A stretch of 32,004 nucleotides of DNA. It comes from Candidatus Margulisiibacteriota bacterium. Its GTDB lineage: Bacteria; Margulisbacteria; WOR-1; O2-12-FULL-45-9. Made by a program: the position numbers and the translations under genes. Location of the stretch: contig JASEHX010000002.1 in assembly GCA_030018645.1 (NCBI GenBank), forward strand, positions 6,272 to 38,275. The letters run 5' to 3'. Each line of letters opens with the position of its first letter. The first letter of the stretch is position 1. Shown here piece by piece: positions 25,334-32,004 of this stretch. The notes beneath the pieces were generated by a model that had not been told where the DNA came from, did no database searches, and was given only the letters and a program-made list of their open reading frames with translations.

Positions 25334-27745
25334 ATGCCTAAGCGATTCAAATGGTTAATTTATATATTGATCCTTCATTTGTCATTTGACATTTTTCATT
25401 TGTCATTTGCGGCCGTTATTGACGATAATGCCTTGAAGCGCGATATTGGCGCGCGTTATACCGGGATGGGCGGGGCCGGCACCGCCATTGCCGATGACGG
25501 CAGTGCGGTTTTTTATAATCCTTCCAATTTGGCCCAGCCGGGGTTCTCTTTTACCTACGGTTACCCCGATACCGAACAAAGGCAAATTAACGGCTCCAAT
25601 ACTTTGGTCAAAGCAGCTTATCTCGGTTATGCCTCCTGGTGGACGCAAGATAATGCGGCCAATCGGGTAAATGCTAATGCGCTTGGGTTTGGCAACAAAA
25701 GCGGCTGGATGAATTGGGGATTGAATGTAAAAGATCTCAATTGGTCTATTAACGGCACACGGGAAGCCGGCTGGTCGTCCGATTTGGGTTTTCTAGCGCG
25801 CGTTACACCGCAATTTAAAATTGGTTTATTATTACAAGACCTTTTTACCAATAATGGGGCGATGGAGCCGACTTCCTCGCGCCTTGGGTTCGGTTATACC
25901 ACTCCCAAAGGACAAATGGTCCTGGCCGGTGATTTGGAAATAAAAGCGCTTAATCAGATGTTTGGTCATTTGGGGGTTGAAGCCAATTTATCGGAAGGGT
26001 TGGCTGTACGGGCGGGAATAGACCGCAGTGATCCCACCGCCGGCGCCTCGCTGGATTTTGGCGCTTTTAATCTAGATTACGCGGCAGTTTTTGAGTCGGC
26101 CGGACAAACCATCCATAAAGTTGACGTAGGGGTGCGCCTTCTTCCCCAAAGCGGGCGGCCTTATTCTATTATTAAACCGAAGGAGTTTGCTTTAATTGAT
26201 GTAACCGGCGCTTTGCGCGGCGGCCGCTCGGAATACAGCTTTTTGGGCGGGATGCATCCGGGAGCCGATTCAATCTTACTGCAGATCCGCCGGGCAGCCA
26301 AAGACGATGGGATCGACGGGATCATGCTGCGCATCGGCGGGTTTGACGGCGGAATGGGGGGGATGGCCATGGTGCAGGAAATGCGGGAAGAACTGGTCCT
26401 CGCCAAACAAAAGGGCAAAAAAGTTGTTGCCTACCTTGACGGCGGGGCGCTGGGTGATGAGTATTATTTAGCGGCGATTGCCGATAAGATTATAACCCCG
26501 CCCGGCTCCGGCATCGGCGGATTGGGCAAGAGCGTTTCAATCATACGGCTGGAAGGATTATTTGAAAAGTTCGGCATTGAGTGGCAAATTATCTGCCAAG
26601 GGAAATATAAAGATGCTTTCCATCCCTACAATGATAAAATGACCGCCGACCAGAAAGAGATGATTGAAAATTTAATTGCCGACCTGCACCGCAAACTGCT
26701 AACCGATATCGCAACCGACCGCCACCTATCCATTGAAAAAGTAAAAGCAATGGGCGAAGGCAACATTTATACCGGTAAAGAAGCCCAACAGAAAGGACTG
26801 ATCGATGAGATAGGCTATTTCAAAGATGCCCGCAAGCTGGCGGCCAAAATTGCGGGAGAAGAAAAAGATGAGGCCAGGATGGTGACCCCGCAACTGGTAT
26901 CGCCGGATGAAACCTTTTTGTCCAATGTGTTTGGGGTGGCGGTGATTGAAATTGACGGCGAAATAGTCTCGGGTGGTGGCGGGGAAAATGTAATATTTGG
27001 CGGGCGCTATGTGGGGTCAGATACGATTGTTAAATATATCCACCAGGCCAGTGACGATATGTTTGTTAAAGCGATTGTTTTGAGGATCAATAGCCCGGGA
27101 GGTGGAGCCGTAGCGGCAGGTGAAATATACGAAGCCATGCAGTATGCTCGGGAGAAAGAAAAAATTATTATTGCTTCCATCGGCAATCTGGGCGCATCCG
27201 GCGGGTATTACATTGCCTCGGCCGCCGATAAAATTGTAGCTGACCCTTCCAGCTTGGTGGGAGCCATTGGCGTCATCGGCTATTTCCCGGCCTATGAAAA
27301 ACTGCTGAAAAAATTCAATGTGAAAGTGGACACGATCAAAGAAGGCAAACACGCCGATATGTTTTCAGGGATGCGCCGGCTGACCAAGGAGGAAATTGCC
27401 GACCTTACCCGGATGCAGAAAGAGGCCTACCGTGAATTTATTGACGCGGTGGTGGAGGGTCGAGGAATTACAACTACTGAAGCCGAAGCGGCGGCGGAGG
27501 GACAGTTATTTAGCGGACAGAAAGCAAAGGATATGAAATTGGTAGATGAATTAGGCGGATTCCAAGACGCCATTGACCTGGCCAAACAGCAGGCCAAAAT
27601 TACCGGCGAACCGCGCCTTTTGTTTTATCACACGCCCAGTATGTTTTTCCAATTTGGCGATAATAAAAGCGAATTTAATGCTTTTACGGATTGGCTTCCC
27701 CGCTGGCTTTTACCGAATTGGCCTGGCCAGGCCGGATGTAATTGA
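25334..27745 (+). CDS. sppA: Fusion protein: signal peptide + outer-membrane beta-barrel-like domain + two-domain signal peptide peptidase SppA (S49, 67K type)
   Basis: aa 1-27 signal peptide. aa ~30-268 show an alternating beta pattern with IGARYTGMGGAGTAIADDGSAVFYNPSNLA, as in PorV/FadL/TraF-like barrels. S49 domain 1 has the Lys motif QGKYKDAF. S49 domain 2 has INSPGGG and the Ser motif GASGGYYIAS. Confidence 0.75.
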   Translation: MPKRFKWLIYILILHLSFDIFHLSFAAVIDDNALKRDIGARYTGMGGAGTAIADDGSAVFYNPSNLAQPGFSFTYGYPDTEQRQINGSNTLVKAAYLGYASWWTQDNAANRVNANALGFGNKSGWMNWGLNVKDLNWSINGTREAGWSSDLGFLARVTPQFKIGLLLQDLFTNNGAMEPTSSRLGFGYTTPKGQMVLAGDLEIKALNQMFGHLGVEANLSEGLAVRAGIDRSDPTAGASLDFGAFNLDYAAVFESAGQTIHKVDVGVRLLPQSGRPYSIIKPKEFALIDVTGALRGGRSEYSFLGGMHPGADSILLQIRRAAKDDGIDGIMLRIGGFDGGMGGMAMVQEMREELVLAKQKGKKVVAYLDGGALGDEYYLAAIADKIITPPGSGIGGLGKSVSIIRLEGLFEKFGIEWQIICQGKYKDAFHPYNDKMTADQKEMIENLIADLHRKLLTDIATDRHLSIEKVKAMGEGNIYTGKEAQQKGLIDEIGYFKDARKLAAKIAGEEKDEARMVTPQLVSPDETFLSNVFGVAVIEIDGEIVSGGGGENVIFGGRYVGSDTIVKYIHQASDDMFVKAIVLRINSPGGGAVAAGEIYEAMQYAREKEKIIIASIGNLGASGGYYIASAADKIVADPSSLVGAIGVIGYFPAYEKLLKKFNVKVDTIKEGKHADMFSGMRRLTKEEIADLTRMQKEAYREFIDAVVEGRGITTTEAEAAAEGQLFSGQKAKDMKLVDELGGFQDAIDLAKQQAKITGEPRLLFYHTPSMFFQFGDNKSEFNAFTDWLPRWLLPNWPGQAGCN

Positions 27746-27989
27746 TTTTTTCCAGCTCTACCATGCCTAATTGATTTTTGGCTTTATTTTCAATATCGGC
27801 TAAATTTTCTTTGGCGGCAACCGCGCCTTCCAGCGCGCAATTTTTGCTATTTAACTCATTTAACTTTAGTTTTAAGTCAGTTAAAACATATTTCAAGTGC
27901 ATATTTTGGGTATAAACAAATAGATGCAAGGCGGCCAGGGAACCCAGCAAAGCGAGGATAAACATGGACATGCGAAAGTTAAATTTCAT
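27684..27989 (-). CDS. FtsL/DivIC-like cell-division protein (TM + coiled coil), 101 aa
   Basis: One TM (SMFILALLGSLAALHLFVY) followed by a heptad-like helix. Position directly after rsmH, as in dcw clusters. No diagnostic motif. Confidence 0.45.
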   Translation of the reverse strand: MKFNFRMSMFILALLGSLAALHLFVYTQNMHLKYVLTDLKLKLNELNSKNCALEGAVAAKENLADIENKAKNQLGMVELEKINYIRPGQANSVKASGEANP

Positions 27990-28000
27990 AAAGCTGCTTT

Positions 28001-28888
28001 TTACCCCACCTTCTCCGCCGCCCTTAGTTTAGCACTTTTTGCTCTTGGATTTAAATTTACTTCTTCTTCCGTTGCAGTTACGGGCTTTTTGGTTAGAATC
28101 TTTAACTGGCCGGCATGCTTGAAGGTTTGTTTGACGATCCTATCTTCCAGCGAATGGTAGGAGAGGACAACAATTCGTCCGCTGGGAGACAGCAAATCAA
28201 TCGCATCCTCTAAGGCAGTATGTAAACACTCTAGCTCCTGATTGACGGCAATACGCAGGGATTGAAAAATTCGTGATAGCGTTTCCCGCTTGCGCCAACC
28301 GGGCGTCGCTTTTTCTACAATAGCTTTCAGCTCAAAGGTGGTACGGATAGGATGGCTTTCCCGATAGCTGACGATCGCTTTGGCAATGCGGCGGAAAAAA
28401 CGCTCTTCGCCAAACTCAAAAAATATTTTGGCTAGATCGTCTGGATCATAATGGTTAATTATGGCGGCCGCATCCAGTTTTTGTCTTTTGTCCATGCGCA
28501 TGTCAAGCGGACCGTCTTTTTGCAGGGAAAACCCGCGCGACGGCTCGTCAATTTGCCAGGAAGAAACACCAAGGTCGAATAAAATACCGTTAATTGGTTC
28601 TTTAATATGCTTTTTAAGGTTTCGAAAATTGTCCTGGATGTAAGTAATATTATTGAATTGGGCAAGATTTCTTTTAGCAGCTTCGATAGCATCAACATCT
28701 TGATCAAAAGCAAATACCCTCTCCCCCTGGGAGAGGGGGGAAGGTTTAGGGTTAGCGGGTGAGGGTTGGAGTAAAGCCTTTACATGTCCCCCCCCACCCA
28801 GGGTGCAATCGACGAACGTGCCGCCGCGCTGGGGAGCCAGAAAAGCAGCAACCTCATTCAGCATTACCGGGACATGTTGAAAATTCAT
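28001..28888 (-). CDS. rsmH: 16S rRNA (cytosine1402-N4)-methyltransferase RsmH/MraW
   Basis: HVPVML, VDCTLGGGGH, DLGVSSWQID, GPLDMRMD, SYHSLEDRIVK, NPRAKSAKLR motifs. Confidence 0.9.
   Translation of the reverse strand: MNFQHVPVMLNEVAAFLAPQRGGTFVDCTLGGGGHVKALLQPSPANPKPSPLSQGERVFAFDQDVDAIEAAKRNLAQFNNITYIQDNFRNLKKHIKEPINGILFDLGVSSWQIDEPSRGFSLQKDGPLDMRMDKRQKLDAAAIINHYDPDDLAKIFFEFGEERFFRRIAKAIVSYRESHPIRTTFELKAIVEKATPGWRKRETLSRIFQSLRIAVNQELECLHTALEDAIDLLSPSGRIVVLSYHSLEDRIVKQTFKHAGQLKILTKKPVTATEEEVNLNPRAKSAKLRAAEKVG
28717..28765. repeat. GC-rich palindromic (REP/BoxC-like) element lying in frame inside rsmH
   Basis: CCCTCTCCC-cct-GGGAGAGGG (28717-28737) has the same 9-bp stem as 22037-22057. It is followed by GGGaaggtttagggttagcgggtgaggg. 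It encodes PANPKPSPLSQGE within a segment about 9 aa longer than E. coli RsmH (aligned from memory). Confidence 0.6.
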
Positions 28889-31233
28889 TACCCCATTACA
28901 ACTTCAACTTGATGCTCTTTGCCGGGAGACTTATCGCAGGGGAGTAGATTGGAAGGCAGGGATTTTCCGTCCAGAGAAATGGACTTGACGCCCTTAGAAA
29001 CATGCTGGGGATTCTTCACAATAATATTATAAGTTGACCCGCGAAAAACCCGTTTTACCTTGAATCCTTTCCATGCCTTGGGGAGGCAGGGATCGACGAA
29101 TAATCCTTGATAATCTGGCCGGATGCCTAAAATCCACTGCGATGCCGCTACAAAGTTCCAACAGGCCGAACCAGTCAGCCAAGAATTTTTCCCTTCGCCA
29201 AAATCTTTATGGGCGCGGCCGGCAATCATCTGGCAATAGACATAGGGTTCGGTCTTATGCAAGTCGGCAATTTTGTTGCGGGCGGCAGGTTGGATGGCTT
29301 TGTAGTATTGGTAAGCGATATCACCGCGGCCCAGGATACATTCAGCCACCATCGCCCAGGGATTGGGATGGCAGAAAATGGCGCCGTTTTCTTTAAGACC
29401 CGGCGGATAAACTCCGATGGAACCGTATTGATAGTAAAATTTGGAATAGGGCGGAGTCATAACGTGGATGCCGTGTTCGCTGGCCAGCAGTTTATTGACC
29501 GAGTCCATGCATTTTAGGCTGCGCTTTTCATCGGCCGTACCAGAAAGCACCCCCCAAGCTTGGGTTTCAAGATAGATTTTTCCTTCTTCGCAAGCCGATG
29601 AGCCGACTGGTTCTTTGTCGTCGGTGTAGGCCCGTACATACCATGCACCGTCCCAGGCCTTTTCATTGATGGTCTTTTTCATTTTTTCGGCCATGCTTTT
29701 ATAGCGTTTGGCATCCTCCGCTTTACCGATTAGTTCGGCCATCCGCGCCATCTCCTGGCAGGCGCCGACAAACATTTGCGCTACCATTACCGATTCGGCT
29801 TGGCCTTTTCCCTGGTCAAGATTGAGGCAATCGTTCCAGTCGGCAAAAAGGATCAAGGGCAAGCCGTGCGGACCGAGATTCTTCGATGAAAATTTAATCG
29901 CCCGGGCCAAATGCTCGTAGAGCGTCCCTTTTTCATGGCTGGCAAAGGGGATTTGCTCCAGTAAAAACTTGAAATCTCCGCTTTCCTTCAGGTAGCTGGC
30001 GACCGAAAAAATGAGCCACAGGTGGTCATCGCCGTATTTATGATCGGAAGGATTGGCTTTTTTGGTCAGCGGCGAATATTGGTGGTAAGCACTGCCGTCG
30101 GGGAGTTGGGTGGCGGCTAAATCCTTGATGCGGGCTTTTACTTTTTCCGGGATAAGGTGGACAAAGCCCAAAGTATCCTGGTTGGAATCCCGAAAGCCCA
30201 TCCCGCGGCCGATGCCCGATTCATAATAGGAGGCCGAGCGCGACCAATTAAAAGTGGTAAGGCACTGATACTGGTTCCAGGTGTTGAGCATGAGGTCGAG
30301 TTCGGGATCTTCGGACTGAACGGTAAATTTGTTGAGGTTCTTTCCCCAATATGCCGCCAATTTTTTTAGTTCTTTGGCAATAATCTCTGGAGTAGAAAAT
30401 TTTTGGATTTTTTTCGGCAGGACCTTAATATTTTCGGTAAATCCTAAGACGAAAATGAAGGTCTTGGCCTCGCCAGCTTTCAATTTACACTTTAGCATTT
30501 GGGATCCCACCGGTGCCCAGCCCAGTGCCAGCGAATTATGCATCTTATTTTCGATCACCGCCCGTGGTTTTGACCAGTCGCCGTAATTGCCCATAAAGTC
30601 CTTGCGCTGGGTGTCAAAGCCCACGGCCTTGGCATTACTGCAGGCAAAGTAGCCCACCACATCTTTGGTCACCCGGTAGCGGGAAAGGTGATAGATTATA
30701 TTGTCTTTATATTCGGTCTGCCCGATATTAAGATTATATTGATAATCGGTCATGTCATTGAGGGCGTCCCACAGGCAAAATTCGACGAAAGAAAAGAGCG
30801 ATAAATCACGAGCTTTGTCGGCGGTTACATCAAGCTGCCAGATTTCAAGGTTTTCTCCCAGGGGAACAAAGTAGGCGGCTTTGGTGGAAATGCCTTGATA
30901 CTCAGCCGTTATAATCGTATAGCCCAGCCCATGCCGGCATTCATATTTATCCAGCTTGGTCATAGTAGGCTGCCAGGTGGGGGACCAATACGCGCCGCTT
31001 TCGTTATCGCGCAGGTATAGATAGCGTCCCCCGCGGTCCATCGGGACGTTATTATAGCGATAGCGCAGTATCCTTCTTTCTTTGGGATCACGATAAAAAC
31101 TGTAGCCGCCGGCGGTATTGCTCATCAGCGCGCAATATTCTTCCGCGCCCAGGTAATTAATCCAAGGGAGGGGAGTATCGGGCTGGGTGATTACATATTC
31201 TTTCTTGTCTTTGTCAAAGTAGCCGTACTGCAT
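28888..31233 (-). CDS. GH94 glycoside phosphorylase (cellobiose/chitobiose phosphorylase family)
   Basis: N-terminus MQYGYFDKDKKEYVITQPDTPLPWINYLG, catalytic-Asp context FADWNDCLN, NSWLTGSA, 781 aa. TAATG overlap with the rsmH start. Confidence 0.85.
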   Translation of the reverse strand: MQYGYFDKDKKEYVITQPDTPLPWINYLGAEEYCALMSNTAGGYSFYRDPKERRILRYRYNNVPMDRGGRYLYLRDNESGAYWSPTWQPTMTKLDKYECRHGLGYTIITAEYQGISTKAAYFVPLGENLEIWQLDVTADKARDLSLFSFVEFCLWDALNDMTDYQYNLNIGQTEYKDNIIYHLSRYRVTKDVVGYFACSNAKAVGFDTQRKDFMGNYGDWSKPRAVIENKMHNSLALGWAPVGSQMLKCKLKAGEAKTFIFVLGFTENIKVLPKKIQKFSTPEIIAKELKKLAAYWGKNLNKFTVQSEDPELDLMLNTWNQYQCLTTFNWSRSASYYESGIGRGMGFRDSNQDTLGFVHLIPEKVKARIKDLAATQLPDGSAYHQYSPLTKKANPSDHKYGDDHLWLIFSVASYLKESGDFKFLLEQIPFASHEKGTLYEHLARAIKFSSKNLGPHGLPLILFADWNDCLNLDQGKGQAESVMVAQMFVGACQEMARMAELIGKAEDAKRYKSMAEKMKKTINEKAWDGAWYVRAYTDDKEPVGSSACEEGKIYLETQAWGVLSGTADEKRSLKCMDSVNKLLASEHGIHVMTPPYSKFYYQYGSIGVYPPGLKENGAIFCHPNPWAMVAECILGRGDIAYQYYKAIQPAARNKIADLHKTEPYVYCQMIAGRAHKDFGEGKNSWLTGSACWNFVAASQWILGIRPDYQGLFVDPCLPKAWKGFKVKRVFRGSTYNIIVKNPQHVSKGVKSISLDGKSLPSNLLPCDKSPGKEHQVEVVMG

Positions 31234-31242
31234 TGTATTATT

Positions 31243-32004
31243 TTAGCATATTTTTATTTGCCTTGCCCCCACAATCGGCCTCCCCAGCAAGCGGCTGCCC
31301 AATTCCTCAAACTTAAACGGCGAGCCGGTGACCAGATATTCATATTTGGCAGTGTGGGTTTTGGGGGTAAGCGTGCCGGCCATTTTTAAAAGCTGTTTAA
31401 TATCAGCCGCTGTTTCTTCGGCCGGATCAATGATCGCTACCTTGTTTTCAGTTAGAGATTTAAGCATGGGAGTCAAATGCGGATAATGGGTACAGCCCAA
31501 AACTAAAGTGTCAATGCCGGCTTCCAGCAGGGGCTTCAAATATTCTTTGGCAACTTTACGGGTTTCATCGCTTTCAATAAATCCGCCCTCAATTAATGGG
31601 ACAAAAAGCGGACAGGCAACGGCAAAAACTTGGGCATTTTTGGAAAGCGAGCGCAGTAAATTTGGGTAGGTCTGCGAATTGATGGTGCCAGCGGTAGCAA
31701 TGACTCCAATACGATGATTGCGGGTAGCGGCAATAGCAGAACGAGCCCCTGGCTCAATAACGTTAACTATCTCTACCGGGTATTCGTCCCTGATTAGAGG
31801 ATAAGCTATCGCTGAAGAAGTGCCGCAGGCCATCACAATTAATTTGGCCCCTTGTTTGATGAGATAAGGAATAATTTCGCGGTTGATGGCAATGATTTCT
31901 TCAGGCGATCTTCCGCCGTAAGGGATGCGGGCCGTATCGGCCAGGTAAATGACATCTTCGTGGGGCAGTTTGCGCATGATTTCCGATAGGACAGTCAGTC
32001 CTCC
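31243..32004 (-). CDS. murI: Glutamate racemase, 5' end cut by the window edge
   Basis: YLADTARIPYG, MACGTSS (first catalytic Cys) and LGCTHYP (second catalytic Cys). The frame stays open to base 32004 (GGLTVLSEI precedes the track Met), so the true start is outside the window. Confidence 0.85.
   Translation of the reverse strand, partial: GGLTVLSEIMRKLPHEDVIYLADTARIPYGGRSPEEIIAINREIIPYLIKQGAKLIVMACGTSSAIAYPLIRDEYPVEIVNVIEPGARSAIAATRNHRIGVIATAGTINSQTYPNLLRSLSKNAQVFAVACPLFVPLIEGGFIESDETRKVAKEYLKPLLEAGIDTLVLGCTHYPHLTPMLKSLTENKVAIIDPAEETAADIKQLLKMAGTLTPKTHTAKYEYLVTGSPFKFEELGSRLLGRPIVGARQIKIC

Noticed and set aside
1-32004. Search for tRNA, rRNA, CRISPR arrays, IS elements and integrases
   Set aside because: Intergenic gaps are all 149 nt or shorter and none folds as a cloverleaf by eye. 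There are no spaced direct-repeat arrays, and no ORF has transposase or recombinase motifs.

Overview
This is a dense, mostly housekeeping chromosomal segment with 28 protein genes. Under my start choices only about 0.74 kb of 32 kb is intergenic. The gene content suggests an uncultivated anaerobic, probably diderm bacterium: class III RNR, small ferredoxins and redoxins, LDH-type MDH and an outer-membrane-barrel-like domain. I saw no rRNA, tRNA, CRISPR array, transposase or integrase. The left + strand block holds an orphan 1660-aa signal-peptide giant protein, a stand-alone CheY-type receiver, MazG, FtsH and a formimidoyltransferase. After a convergent PLP enzyme come def-fmt and nrdR-nrdD-nrdD'-redoxin. 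The middle holds mdh plus an AMIN/phosphodiester-glycosidase gene (minus strand), a four-gene mini redox cluster (DUF1858-like, glutaredoxin-like, two ferredoxins), a single-gene ATPase cassette, pyrB, queD, gltX and a second orphan ATPase. The right end holds an OM-barrel-like::SppA fusion, then murI-GH94 phosphorylase-rsmH-ftsL on the minus strand. Five things most deserve a second look. (1) The giant protein carries a C-terminal Pol-beta-type nucleotidyltransferase motif and is tightly linked to the receiver and MazG. (2) Two translationally coupled tandem nrdD paralogs sit with an NrdH-like redoxin, have a double-Cys loop, and have no nrdG nearby. (3) A 1.25-kb ATPase cassette is bracketed by 42-nt direct repeats that duplicate the pyrB 3' end with only synonymous differences. 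(4) A beta-barrel is fused to SppA. (5) A GC-rich palindromic element with a 9-bp stem occurs once intergenically and once in frame inside rsmH. All family calls were made by eye from motifs. No database search, HMM or structure prediction was possible.
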